Origin: Chloroflexota bacterium
Lineage (GTDB): Bacteria; Chloroflexota; Chloroflexia; JAMCWQ01
Assembly: GCA_023480825.1 (NCBI GenBank)
Contig: JAMCWQ010000034.1
Location: 1-52,927, forward strand
Length of the DNA stretch: 52,927 nt
Reading direction: 5' to 3'
Shown here: positions 26,776 through 36,273 of the stretch, piece by piece
How the letters are laid out: every line of letters begins with the position of its first letter
Numbering within the stretch: the stretch's first letter is position 1
Position numbers and translations under genes: made by a program
The notes under the pieces: model-generated
Databases searched by the model: none
What the model saw: the letters and a program-made list of their open reading frames with translations, nothing else
What the model was told of the DNA's origin: nothing

Positions 26776-28590
26776 TTGAACATACGAAATGTTGCCATCA
26801 TCGCGCATGTGGACCATGGCAAGACCACCCTGGTTGATGGCATGCTGAAACAATCCGGTGCGTTTCGCCACAATGAAGCGGCGATGTCCCAGACACTGCT
26901 GATGGATTCCAATGATCAGGAGAGAGAGCGGGGCATAACGATTCTGGCTAAGAACACGGCCATTGATTACCGGGGGACAAAGATCAACATCATCGATACG
27001 CCCGGCCATGCCGATTTTGGCGGTGAGGTCGAGCGAACACTCAACATGGCGGATGGCGCGCTCCTTGTTATTGACGCTCAAGAGGGGCCGATGCCCCAGA
27101 CGAGGTTTGTTCTGAAGAAGGCCCTTGAACTTGGGCTGAGGCCAATAGTAATCATCAACAAGATTGACAAGAGTAGCAGAAGGGTTCAAGACGTCATCCA
27201 CGAGACCGGCGACTTGTTCCTAGAACTGGCAACAGACGCGTCTCAGCTTGATTTCCCCGTTTACTACGCTGTGGCGCGTGATGGGAAGGGCTGGAAGGAA
27301 CTACCGGCGGATATCTCTCAACCGGCCGACCTAACGCCGATCATGGAGGGCATACTGGAGCATGTTCCCCCGCCACAGGCTGATGCCAATGGACCGTTCC
27401 AGATGCTGGTGACCGCCCTCGACTGGGATAGCTTCCGCGGCAAGTACGTTATTGGGCGAACCAGGAGAGGAATTGCCAAGCCCGGCCTGGCCGTCTCAGT
27501 GATGGGCAGAGGCGAAAATGACGAGCCGGCGCGCATCGACAAGGTGTTCATTAGCTACGGGCTGAAGCGCTTGGAGGTGCCGGAGGCTGTGGCCGGTGAC
27601 ATTGTGGCGATTACGGGGATCAAGGGCGCGGGGATCGGGGATACCATTGCCTGTGCTACTGCACCGGAGCGTTTGCCGGCCATCGAGATCGGCGAGCCGA
27701 CGCTCAAGATAGCGGTTTCGTCCAACACCTCTCCCTTCGCCGGCCAGGAAGGCCAATTCGTGACCGGCAGGCAGATACTGGAGCGCATATACAGGGAACT
27801 GGAGACCAACGTATCGCTCAACTTTGAGATGGGGCAAAACGGAGAGTATGTACTCTCAGGCCGGGGCGAGCTCCACTTAGCAGTGTTCATCGAGACGCTG
27901 CGGCGGGAAGGGTACGAGCTGGAGGTTGGAAAACCGCAGGTCATTACGAAAACGATGGACGGCGTCGTGATGGAGCCCGTGGAAGAGTTGACCGTAGACG
28001 TTGACAGTGAATACACGGGGGTAGTTGCGAGCGAGGTTGGCCGGCGCCGGGGAGTCTTGCACGCCCAGACGGTGAATGCTGACAGTACCAGCCGCATGGT
28101 CTTTGAGATCTCCACCCGCGGATTACTGGGCCTGCGCAGCCAATTACTTACGTTGACACGCGGCACAGCGGTGCTGAACTCGCAGTTCCTTCGCTTCGAC
28201 AAGATCGGGGCTGATATTCCTAAACTACGAAATGGCGCTCTGATCGCTTCGGAGACAGGCAAAGCCGTCACCTACGGGCTGAACAATGCGCAAGACCGTG
28301 GCGTTACTTTCATCGAGCCGGGCACCCCCGTCTACGAAGGGATGATTGTCGGCCTTCATTCCCGGCACAATGACCTCGAGGTGAATGTGGCCAAGGAGAA
28401 GAAGCTGACAAATATCCGCTCGTCGACGTCGGATATCGCCGTAGTGCTCACTCCGCCATTGGTGCTGAGTCTTGAGCAAAGCCTCGACCTTCTGGAGGAT
28501 GATGAGCTGCTCGAGGTAATGCCCAAGACTCTCCGCCTCCGCAAGCGCCTGCTTACAAGCTCTGCACGGGCGCGGGCCCGCAAAGGGTAG
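26776..28590 (+). CDS. typA: Translational GTPase TypA/BipA
   Basis: The N-terminus is IRNVAIIAHVDHGKTTLVDGML. It has DTPGHADFGGEVER and NKIDK, and the overall length is 604 aa. It has a TTG start with GGAG upstream. Confidence 0.95.
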   Translation: MNIRNVAIIAHVDHGKTTLVDGMLKQSGAFRHNEAAMSQTLLMDSNDQERERGITILAKNTAIDYRGTKINIIDTPGHADFGGEVERTLNMADGALLVIDAQEGPMPQTRFVLKKALELGLRPIVIINKIDKSSRRVQDVIHETGDLFLELATDASQLDFPVYYAVARDGKGWKELPADISQPADLTPIMEGILEHVPPPQADANGPFQMLVTALDWDSFRGKYVIGRTRRGIAKPGLAVSVMGRGENDEPARIDKVFISYGLKRLEVPEAVAGDIVAITGIKGAGIGDTIACATAPERLPAIEIGEPTLKIAVSSNTSPFAGQEGQFVTGRQILERIYRELETNVSLNFEMGQNGEYVLSGRGELHLAVFIETLRREGYELEVGKPQVITKTMDGVVMEPVEELTVDVDSEYTGVVASEVGRRRGVLHAQTVNADSTSRMVFEISTRGLLGLRSQLLTLTRGTAVLNSQFLRFDKIGADIPKLRNGALIASETGKAVTYGLNNAQDRGVTFIEPGTPVYEGMIVGLHSRHNDLEVNVAKEKKLTNIRSSTSDIAVVLTPPLVLSLEQSLDLLEDDELLEVMPKTLRLRKRLLTSSARARARKG

Positions 28591-28604
28591 CTAGGAAAGG
28601 TGAT

Positions 28605-28814
28605 CTAACTCTTGCGCACAGCGACGAGAGTCACGCCCAGTTTCTTCTCCGCGTCGTGCACCTTATCGAGCTGCTCCTGAGTGAGGTCACTTGTCGTGAT
28701 GGGTGTCTCAGAGAAGGCGATAAGGACGCCATCTCCAACAGCCTGCTCCGCCTGCTTCAACTCTTGCTCTTGACTGGGATCCAGATGAGCGTAAGTCCAT
28801 ACTCCCTTTGGCAT
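28605..28814 (-). CDS. Hypothetical small protein (69 aa)
   Basis: ATG 28814 is preceded by GGGGAGGG. The product is acidic and helical (MPKGVWTYAHLDPSQEQELKQAEQAV...). The longer ORF-track version to 28964 lacks an SD. Confidence 0.5.
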   Translation of the reverse strand: MPKGVWTYAHLDPSQEQELKQAEQAVGDGVLIAFSETPITTSDLTQEQLDKVHDAEKKLGVTLVAVRKS

Positions 28815-28815
28815 T

Positions 28816-29058
28816 TCAACCCTCCCCTTCTTGCTTGCTGTACTGGCTCTGTTGCAGCACGTATCGTGCCATGGCCCCGGAATCCCCCTCTCTGGTAGCG
28901 GCTTCGTAGTAGCCGAACTGTTCCCGCTTCTTGTCACTGGCGATTGGCCATACGGCCAGTGCAAACACCGTCCGGCTGCTCAGGGCGAGGTCTGTGCCTC
29001 CGGCTAGCGTGTCCTTCTTGTGCCAGTCGTAGAATGCTGCTGAAGAACATTGAAGCAC
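28816..29058 (-). CDS. Hypothetical small protein, possibly a gene fragment
   Basis: It has a GTG start without a clear SD. Its stop lies 1 nt before the downstream ATG. The sequence looks protein-like, but there is no family match by eye. Confidence 0.3.
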   Translation of the reverse strand: MLQCSSAAFYDWHKKDTLAGGTDLALSSRTVFALAVWPIASDKKREQFGYYEAATREGDSGAMARYVLQQSQYSKQEGEG

Positions 29059-29093
29059 TCAGACAACGAGTCTAGATAGAAGGAGAGAAGAAA

Positions 29094-29435
29094 ATGGCAA
29101 CGACAGCAGTCAGGAAGGGGAAACACCAAGCGGCGGAAGGGAATCTGAAGCATCGGGACTGGGCGGCAAATCTCATGATCGTTGGGGCTGCGGTTGTGGT
29201 AGTGGCCGCCGGGGCTTACGTGGCTCAGATGGCAGGAGTCCCTGTGCTAGGCACGCTACAGGATTTCGGCTCCATGGTTGTCGGGGGCGCACAGAATTTT
29301 GCGTCGATGGTCCTCTCGGGAGTCCAGAACTTCGTCTCGATGGTCGTTACCGCCCTCCAGAATCTTGGTGGGCTAATCGGGGAGGAAGCAGGGGAAGCCG
29401 GGCAATTTCTTGGCAATCTGAATCCTTTCAAATAG
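29094..29435 (+). CDS. Small membrane-anchored protein with tandem 11-residue repeats
   Basis: It has a GAAGGAGAG SD and one TM helix (LMIVGAAVVVVAAGAYVA). Then come 4-5 repeats of Q(D/N)F.SMV....: QDFGSMVVGGA, QNFASMVLSGV, QNFVSMVVTAL and QNLGGLIGEEA. Confidence 0.65.
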   Translation: MATTAVRKGKHQAAEGNLKHRDWAANLMIVGAAVVVVAAGAYVAQMAGVPVLGTLQDFGSMVVGGAQNFASMVLSGVQNFVSMVVTALQNLGGLIGEEAGEAGQFLGNLNPFK

Positions 29436-29485
29436 TGCGAGCATAACTCCGAAATTACAGCGGTTATCTTTAGGATTAGACCTAT

Positions 29486-29556
29486 CGTCATTCTTCGGGC
29501 CCGCCTTAACCTGCCCCAACACGGTAATTAGCCTCAGGCGGGCCCGAAGAATGACG
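29486..29556. repeat. Perfect 20-bp inverted repeat with a 31-nt loop (GTCATTC family; possible terminator or MITE)
   Basis: CGTCATTCTTCGGGCCCGCC (29486-29505) pairs with GGCGGGCCCGAAGAATGACG (29537-29556). It lies 50 nt downstream of the 29094-29435 gene. Confidence 0.7.
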
Positions 29557-29796
29557 TCCCCAAAGCATGGGTACTAACACATCTGGTTCCGGGATTCTTC
29601 GCTTCGCGTCTCGCCCAACCCTTCGTCTGCTTAATTGGCTGGTCAGTCCCATCCGGCCATTTTCTGCCTGGCCGATAGCACGCTCGGCGACATGACGCTC
29701 TTGGCTTTCTTATCTCAAAAGGAGCCGGTAGCTGCCAGCCGCCATTCCTATCTCCATAGCAGAACGAATCCTCGTGTGGCGCTGCTGGCCGCTTGC

Positions 29797-31044
29797 TCAG
29801 GCAGTGGCAGCCTTCAATGCCAGTATCCGGCTCATTTCGTTGACCACGATCATGTATCCCTCATCCACGCCCATGCCTGGTTTGGCAAGAACCTGGTCGG
29901 GCTGCGTGGCCATTCCGATATGGGTGCAGACCTGGCCGGAACGGTCGGTTTCGTTGCAGGTCCCGCCCACATAGGCGCCCATCCCGTGAGAGCGACAGTA
30001 GATGATGGCCTCGATGGTATTATTGATCCCGCCGAGGTCCGGTGTCTTTGTCTGGATCATGTGGCCGGCCCCGTTGTCGGTGAACAGCTTTATATCCTCC
30101 AGCGTGTTGCACCACTCATCCGCGACTATCTCCAGAGGGATATGCCGGTCGTCGATCTTCTTCCGTAGCCGGGCCAATGCCTCCAGTTGCCCCATCTGGT
30201 CCCCGACGTCCACGGGCCCTTCAATCCTGATTCGCAACGGGGCCACCGCCTCCGCCAGCCGGCTCAGGTAGGATAGAATCTTCTCATCATTGTTGTTGAA
30301 GGCCAACCCAATAGTGCCATAAACATCGAAGTGCAGCACCGGTTGGTACTCGGCGTATGGCTTGAGCTGTTCTATTCGCCGCCGCAACCACGAGGCGTAC
30401 TCCAGAAATATCTCACCATCCGGGCCGAGCTTTGTGCGAACGTTGTTGATAAGACCGTGAGGAAGCACCGGTACGGCCTTGAGGATCATCTTGTCGGCAT
30501 TGACATAACGGTCATCGCCACTTTGCACAAATATCGGAACCGCCGCGGCGGCAGGCTGGGTGCCATACTCCTCGGCGATAACGTCCACCATAAGCTTGTG
30601 AGTTGCTTTGCCTACAGCGTCGAGAAGGGCCTGCGTTACGCCGTAGCGGATGGCGCTGTGCAACAATCCACCTGTTTCCGGGTCCCGGATGCTGTCGAAC
30701 TCCTCAGCCATGTCGCGGAATGTGGTCAACTCTCGCCCTTCCAGCTTGGGCTTCAACACTCGATTGATGACCGGTATATACTCTTTGGTGAGGAATAGCG
30801 GGTATCTGCCGCCGGCGCCGGCGTACTGGACAGAAGCGCAGTCGCCATAAGCGACCTGCCCATCCTCAAGAAGCAGAAGGATGGATACACATTCTCCGGC
30901 CTGGCGGATGGCTGTGAAGCCTGGAAGCATGGGCTTGCCCAGATACGTGAAGCCGTCCGAGCCTTCGCTATGCCTAATAGCCAATTGGTCGTCCGAGAAG
31001 AACCCAGTCAACCCTGGGGCACAGACTACTTTGCTGATTTTCAC
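29797..31044 (-). CDS. 3-methylaspartate ammonia-lyase (enolase-superfamily MAL)
   Basis: Similarity to clostridial MAL runs nearly end to end. Matching segments include KISKVVCAPGLTGFFSDDQ, GFTAIRQAGECVSILLLLEDGQVAYGDCASVQYAGAGGR, LHSAIRYGVTQALLDAV and IQTKTPDLGGINN. GTG 31044 is preceded by GGAAAGGGG. Confidence 0.88.
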   Translation of the reverse strand: MKISKVVCAPGLTGFFSDDQLAIRHSEGSDGFTYLGKPMLPGFTAIRQAGECVSILLLLEDGQVAYGDCASVQYAGAGGRYPLFLTKEYIPVINRVLKPKLEGRELTTFRDMAEEFDSIRDPETGGLLHSAIRYGVTQALLDAVGKATHKLMVDVIAEEYGTQPAAAAVPIFVQSGDDRYVNADKMILKAVPVLPHGLINNVRTKLGPDGEIFLEYASWLRRRIEQLKPYAEYQPVLHFDVYGTIGLAFNNNDEKILSYLSRLAEAVAPLRIRIEGPVDVGDQMGQLEALARLRKKIDDRHIPLEIVADEWCNTLEDIKLFTDNGAGHMIQTKTPDLGGINNTIEAIIYCRSHGMGAYVGGTCNETDRSGQVCTHIGMATQPDQVLAKPGMGVDEGYMIVVNEMSRILALKAATA

Positions 31045-31306
31045 CGACGAACCCCTTTCCTGCCGAATTGCGAGCAACACCGCTCTTCCGGAATCGTGCC
31101 AAGCAGCCTCGCTGGGCCGGGCCGTCCCCACCGGGCAAGCCTTGGGACCAGGAGATCGAGGCACACCTGCATGACATTATAGCTTGCGAGGTCAATGGAT
31201 CAATGCTGCGGTGGAGAGAAGACGGACACACGGGATGAAGAATATGGGAAGCTCAGGGCAGCCAAAATGGCTCACCGATGAGCTCCCGGCCTCACGACTG
31301 GGCTGG

Positions 31307-32035
31307 CTAGCCAATGGCTCTCTGGTGCATCTCCTTGCCCCAGCCGTTCTCGAGGAGCTCCACGAGGTCCTCGACGGCCGTCTTGAAGTAGTTGAGCATG
31401 AACTCCTCATCCTTGGTGTAGGCTCCCCCAGCGGTCCCGTCGCCAATCAACTCCCTGAGGCGCTGAGGCCCATAGGTGGTGTAGTCCTGCAAGTCGGCAG
31501 AGGGTTTCACCTTGTTCGGCACTTCCACCGGCCGGTTGATCCAGGAGAAACTCTCCAACCAACTCGCGTGGTCCCAGTGATCGGTCCCCTGAGACTGCAT
31601 GATTTGGTAGGCTCGCGGGAGCATATACCATGAGCGAAGCCGGACATTTAGATCTGGGACTTCTGCAGATAGCTCCTCTATGACGTAGCTCGCCATCTCG
31701 TTCTGGCCGTGCCCATTGAGGATCAGAATGCGCTTAAACCCTTGCCTCATCAGCGACCGCAGGATGTCGTTTATCAGGGACATGAATGTCTGCGGCCGGA
31801 TGCTAATCGTACCCGGGAAGGCGTTGGCCCAATCGGCAAAGCCATAGTTCACCGAAGGCGCCATGAGAACACCTGTCTTCTCACAAGCGGCTTTGGCCAC
31901 CTCCCAAGCAGTCTGCGTATCGGTGGCCACGGTATTGTAGCCGTGCTCCTCCATCGAGCCCGTCACCAAAACCACCCGGTCGTCTTTCTTGAGGTATTCC
32001 TCCACCTGCATCCAGTTCATGTTCTCCATCAACAT
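31307..32035 (-). CDS. Creatininase (creatinine amidohydrolase) family protein, paralog 1
   Basis: It has ...VLVTGSMEEHGYNTVATDT..., ...FPGTISIRPQTF... and ...ILILNGHGQNE.... An AAGGAGAA SD is present. Confidence 0.82.
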   Translation of the reverse strand: MLMENMNWMQVEEYLKKDDRVVLVTGSMEEHGYNTVATDTQTAWEVAKAACEKTGVLMAPSVNYGFADWANAFPGTISIRPQTFMSLINDILRSLMRQGFKRILILNGHGQNEMASYVIEELSAEVPDLNVRLRSWYMLPRAYQIMQSQGTDHWDHASWLESFSWINRPVEVPNKVKPSADLQDYTTYGPQRLRELIGDGTAGGAYTKDEEFMLNYFKTAVEDLVELLENGWGKEMHQRAIG

Positions 32036-32239
32036 TGTGATTCTCCTTCTTCATTCTTGCCCTGTGCTCCAACCATGGCTCATACCTCCAATGAGACGTA
32101 ACCTATTGCAGTAGCCCGGTAACAAAAAAGGCGTTGAAACGGGGCTTGGCTGACAGCACGAAAATTCTCAAACGGCGCCGGGGACCAGGTGGTCTCCCAT
32201 CTGGCCCCCGGCGTGATGACCTATCGATCTTCTTGACGG

Positions 32240-33214
32240 TTACTGGCTATCATCCCGCCCGGCTATCCTACCATGCTCGACTATCACATTGCCGGGCTTG
32301 ACCGCGGGGCTGGTGCGGATCATGGTAATGATGCCGTCCGCCGATGCCTTGACTTCCATTATCCTCTCGCCAAAGTAGTCTCGAATTTCCCCTACGACCT
32401 GGCCCTTCTTGACGAGGTCATTGGGCACGACCTTGGAGTACCACATGCCGTCGATCTCACTGCGAGCTTGCACATAGTCTTCAAGGAAGATTCTTTTGAC
32501 TGTGTTTACTATTTGGCCATCGAACATGCCCAGGTGAACCATCACATTGCGCAAGCCGGTAAGATGCGTCTGCATCTCCTCCATTTTTAGGATGCCTTGC
32601 TGGCCTGATTCGCAGAGGATTGCCGGCTTGCCGCGAGCCTGGAACACTCCGAACGCGGCATGAGGCGGATCATTGGGATTTGATACGTCGTCTTTGACGA
32701 CAATGGGAATGTTGTAGGCCATGGACATGGCCTTGGACTTGGCGTCGGCCTCCGCATCTCCCGAGGCGGGATGGATGGTGAACGGGGTGAGCGCCTCCGG
32801 GATGTCTCCGCCGTGCAGCTCCACGAAGTAGTCGGCTTTGCTGAGCATTTCTTGATCGAAGTAGTAGGCCATAGCTTCGCCGTAGGTGCCTATCGGAGTG
32901 CCCGGGAAAGTGCTGCAGGGATTTCTACCGTCGTGAGGAATTAGGAAACCAAGGTTGTTGACGAACGCGGGCAGGTTGTAGATCATCCCAACCTTCAGTG
33001 TTCCCTTTAGTTTGGATGGGTCGACCTCATTGAATAGGCGGATGGCTGCTTCGATGCCGGCGTACTCGCTGCCGTGCATTCCACCGAGCACCAGAAGGGT
33101 CGGACCATCGCCAGATCCATAGACCGTGCCGACCGGAAAACGAATTGGCTCGCCAGTGTTCCGGTATTTGAACTCCAGCCAGCCTTTCTCTTTGGTTCCT
33201 TTGTTCCCCGCCAT
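32240..33214 (-). CDS. Succinylglutamate desuccinylase/aspartoacylase (AstE/AspA) family zinc deacylase
   Basis: It has ...LLVLGGMHGSEYAGIEAAIRL... and ...YFVELHGGD.... An AGGAGG SD is present. Confidence 0.8.
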   Translation of the reverse strand: MAGNKGTKEKGWLEFKYRNTGEPIRFPVGTVYGSGDGPTLLVLGGMHGSEYAGIEAAIRLFNEVDPSKLKGTLKVGMIYNLPAFVNNLGFLIPHDGRNPCSTFPGTPIGTYGEAMAYYFDQEMLSKADYFVELHGGDIPEALTPFTIHPASGDAEADAKSKAMSMAYNIPIVVKDDVSNPNDPPHAAFGVFQARGKPAILCESGQQGILKMEEMQTHLTGLRNVMVHLGMFDGQIVNTVKRIFLEDYVQARSEIDGMWYSKVVPNDLVKKGQVVGEIRDYFGERIMEVKASADGIITMIRTSPAVKPGNVIVEHGRIAGRDDSQ

Positions 33215-33357
33215 GCCTGCAACCTCCTATCGCGGTGTTTTCGCCGGCGACGCCAACCTTTCTGAGCCTGAAGCATCAGCCAGAGAAGACGGAGGGCGTC
33301 GCCGGCGCAGTGACTAAATGCTAGCGAATTTCACTATCTTACCTAGATACCGGTTGG

Positions 33358-34068
33358 TTAAACCGTCTTGCCCCAGCCATTGTCCAGGAAGTCCTCCAGT
33401 TCTGCTACGGCAAGATCGTAGAACTCCCGCATGAGTGATTCGGGTTGCTTGTACTTGCCGCCTCCAACACCGTCGCCCAATGCCTCCCGCGTCTCGGCCG
33501 CGGAAAGAGCATAATAGTCTTCGGGAATGGCACGCGCTTTGGTCTTATCAGGGATCGGCTCTGGTTGGTTTATCCATGAAAAGCTCTCCAGCCAGCTTCC
33601 ATGGTCCCACTCGTCGCTCCCCAATTCTTTGATGCGGGCGTAGGTCTTCGGCATCATATACCACTCGCGGAACTTGATGGTTAGATCATTCCGGTCCAGG
33701 ACATACTCGGTGATCACATCCATGGCCGGCTTGTTCCCGCCGTGGCCACTGTAGATGAGGATTCGCCTGAAGCCGCTGCGAACAAGGCTGTCTAGGATAT
33801 CCTTCATCATGTCCATGAAGGTTTGCACGCGAAGGCTTATTGTACCCGGGAATCCGAGGGAGAATGCGGAGGGCCCGACCGGCAGGGCCGGACCGAGCAT
33901 TACACCCTTGTTGTTGCACGCCGCCTTAGCTATCTCCCAGGCGGTCTGTGTATCTGTTCCCAATGAGTTGGGGCCATGTTCCTCTGTAGCTCCGGCGACG
34001 AGGACGATCCTGTCGTCCTTCTTGACGTGGTCCTCCACCATTTTCCAGTTCATCTTCTCGAGTTCCAT
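33358..34068 (-). CDS. Creatininase family protein, paralog 2
   Basis: It has ...VLVAGATEEHGPNSLGTDT..., ...FPGTISLRVQTF... and ...ILIYSGHGGNK.... By eye about half of the positions are identical to paralog 1. A TAGGAGG SD is present. Confidence 0.82.
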   Translation of the reverse strand: MELEKMNWKMVEDHVKKDDRIVLVAGATEEHGPNSLGTDTQTAWEIAKAACNNKGVMLGPALPVGPSAFSLGFPGTISLRVQTFMDMMKDILDSLVRSGFRRILIYSGHGGNKPAMDVITEYVLDRNDLTIKFREWYMMPKTYARIKELGSDEWDHGSWLESFSWINQPEPIPDKTKARAIPEDYYALSAAETREALGDGVGGGKYKQPESLMREFYDLAVAELEDFLDNGWGKTV

Positions 34069-34188
34069 GACGACCTCCTAAACATAGTGTGATAGAGTGG
34101 AACGACTGTCATGTGGGCTCCCGCAGCCGGCTTCGCCTGCATCGTGACTCTCCACGCCGAGCGGCTGGAATGGAGAGGGGAGTGCGGT

Positions 34189-35208
34189 TCAGTTCCCCAT
34201 GGATGCCTCCGCCATGGAGCAGGCAACGAAATGCCCGCTCTCGACTTCTTTCAAAATCGGGATTTCCGCCTGGCAGGATTGGCTTGCCGAAGGGCATCTC
34301 GGATGAAAACGGCATCCGGGCGGGATGTGGATAGGGCTGGGAGGGTCTCCCTGGATGGCAGCAACCTCGGTACGCAAGGTAGGATCGGCCTGGGGGGCCG
34401 CTGCCAGCAGCACTTTGGTGTAGGGATGACGGGGATTCGAGAAGATCAGGCTTGTTGTGCCCATTTCCATAATCTTCCCGAGATACATCACGACAATCCG
34501 GTGGCTAATGTGTCTAACGACTCTCAAGTCATGTGACACGAATATCATGGTGAGGCTCAGCTGTGATTGCAGGTCCATGAGCAAGTTGATTACCTGAGCC
34601 TGAACCGACACGTCGAGCGCCGACACCGGCTCATCTGCGAGGAGCAGGGTAGGCTCCATCGCCAGTGCTCTCGCTATGCCGATGCGCTGTCGTTGCCCGC
34701 CGCTGAACTGCGAGGGCAGGCGATGGGCGGCGTCGGCATGCATGCCAACCATCTCCAGCAGCTGGGCAACTCGTTCGCCGCGCTGGTTAGGCGGGCAGAC
34801 ATTGTGGACAGATAGTACCTCATCCAGCATTCGACCTACTCTGAATCGGGGATTCAGCGAGGAGTAAGGGTCCTGAAAGATCATCTGGATCCGGCGGCGC
34901 TCCGAGCGCATCTCACCTGAGCGCATTTTCAGGATATCTTTGCCATCGAATAGGATTTGTCCTGAGTCGGGGTCATACAGCCGGGCTATGCACCTGAGTA
35001 ACGTGGTCTTGCCGCAACCAGACTCACCGACGATCCCTAGTATCTCCCCCTTGGAAACGTGCAGAGATACATCATCCACGGCGGTCACAACCTCAGGCTT
35101 GCGTCTAAGGATGGCAGGAACCAGTCCCAATGGGAGTTCAAAAGTCTTCGTAACGCTCTGAACCCTGAGAACCGCGTCTCCGTAGCTATCTAGTGCCTTC
35201 CCGCTCAT
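34189..35208 (-). CDS. Oligopeptide/dipeptide ABC transporter ATP-binding protein (OppF/DppF type)
   Basis: It has Walker A GESGCGKTT, the signature FSGGQRQRIGIARAL and Walker B LLLADEPVSALD. The C-terminal oligopeptide-type extension includes ...GCRFHPRCP.... The start is uncertain (35208 or 35253). Confidence 0.9.
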   Translation of the reverse strand: MSGKALDSYGDAVLRVQSVTKTFELPLGLVPAILRRKPEVVTAVDDVSLHVSKGEILGIVGESGCGKTTLLRCIARLYDPDSGQILFDGKDILKMRSGEMRSERRRIQMIFQDPYSSLNPRFRVGRMLDEVLSVHNVCPPNQRGERVAQLLEMVGMHADAAHRLPSQFSGGQRQRIGIARALAMEPTLLLADEPVSALDVSVQAQVINLLMDLQSQLSLTMIFVSHDLRVVRHISHRIVVMYLGKIMEMGTTSLIFSNPRHPYTKVLLAAAPQADPTLRTEVAAIQGDPPSPIHIPPGCRFHPRCPSASQSCQAEIPILKEVESGHFVACSMAEASMGN

Positions 35209-35242
35209 CCGCGACCACCATTCCCATCGCAGTCTTTGGCGT

Positions 35243-36271
35243 TCATCGCACATCCTTGATGCAGGCTGATAGGTGCTCCGGAGAAATCTCCCGTAGTGGG
35301 AATTCCCCTTGCCTGCACTCGTCCGAAGCATATGCACACCGGGGGTGAAACCGGCACCCTTCCGGCACATGAGCCAGGTTGGGAGGACTTCCTGGAATCG
35401 GCTGAAGCCTTTCGCCGGCCGACCTCGCCGAGGGCACCGACGCAATCAACCCTAACGTGTAGGGATGGTGTGGGGCCTTGAAAAGTGTCATAGTAGCCGC
35501 TTGTTCTACGATTCGCCCCGCGTACATCACTGCAACGGTGTCACAAGTCTGTGCGACAATTCCCAAATCATGAGTCACGAACAGCATGCTCATGCCCAGC
35601 TCTCGTTGTAGTCTCATGAGCAGCTTCAGAATCTGATCCTGAATAGTCACATCAATTGCTGTTGTCGGTTCATCTGCCAGCAGCAGGTGGGGGCCCCGCG
35701 AGAGGGCGATGGCGATCATCACACGCTGTCGCATGCCACCCGAGAATTGGTGCGGGAACTCGCGCAATCGTCGCTCCGGAGCAGGAATTCCCACCATTTT
35801 CATCAGCTGAATGGCCCGCTCTGTTCTCTCCTGCCTGCTGGCCTTATCGTCTTTGCTGAGCGTTTCCAGTATCTGGTTGCCAATCCGGAGAACAGGGTTC
35901 AGAGCAGTCATCGGATCCTGGAATATCATGGAGATCTCGCGACCACGGATGCGGTCGAAGTCACTGCCCGGCATTGTCAGAAGCTCGCGGTTCTGAAGCT
36001 CGCGGTTCTGATATCTGATGCTTCCGGCTACGATTTCCCCGGGCGGATGTATCAGGCGAAGGATTGAGCGGCACGTTACGGTCTTCCCGCTGCCCGATTC
36101 GCCTACCAGGCCGAAGGTCTCTCTCGACCGGATGGAGAAGGACACCCCGTCGACAGCCTTGACAATCACTTGTGGGGCGACAAAATGCACTGCTAGATCC
36201 TGCACCTGAAGTAAGGGGCCAGTATCATTTGTTGTCTTGTCAGAACCGATTTCCTGAGACGTCTGTTTCAC
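35243..36271 (-). CDS. Oligopeptide/dipeptide ABC transporter ATP-binding protein (OppD/DppD type)
   Basis: It has Walker [10 protein letters not shown], the signature [15 protein letters not shown], Walker [14 protein letters not shown] and the C-terminal ...[10 protein letters not shown].... Confidence 0.92.
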   Translation of the reverse strand: MKQTSQEIGSDKTTNDTGPLLQVQDLAVHFVAPQVIVKAVDGVSFSIRSRETFGLVGESGSGKTVTCRSILRLIHPPGEIVAGSIRYQNRELQNRELLTMPGSDFDRIRGREISMIFQDPMTALNPVLRIGNQILETLSKDDKASRQERTERAIQLMKMVGIPAPERRLREFPHQFSGGMRQRVMIAIALSRGPHLLLADEPTTAIDVTIQDQILKLLMRLQRELGMSMLFVTHDLGIVAQTCDTVAVMYAGRIVEQAATMTLFKAPHHPYTLGLIASVPSARSAGERLQPIPGSPPNLAHVPEGCRFHPRCAYASDECRQGEFPLREISPEHLSACIKDVR

Positions 36272-36273
36272 TG

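Noticed and set aside
27555-28271. 238 aa minus-strand ORF
   Set aside because: It is antisense to typA. The product is Ser/Thr/Pro-rich.
29259-29390. Short-period repeat as a possible CRISPR array
   Set aside because: The 33-nt units are contiguous with no spacers, sit in frame inside an ORF with a good SD, and diverge mainly at synonymous or conservative positions. This is a coding repeat. No CRISPR-like repeat-spacer array was seen anywhere in the window.
29635-30168. 177 aa plus-strand ORF
   Set aside because: It is antisense to the methylaspartate ammonia-lyase gene, which has near full-length similarity to characterised MAL.
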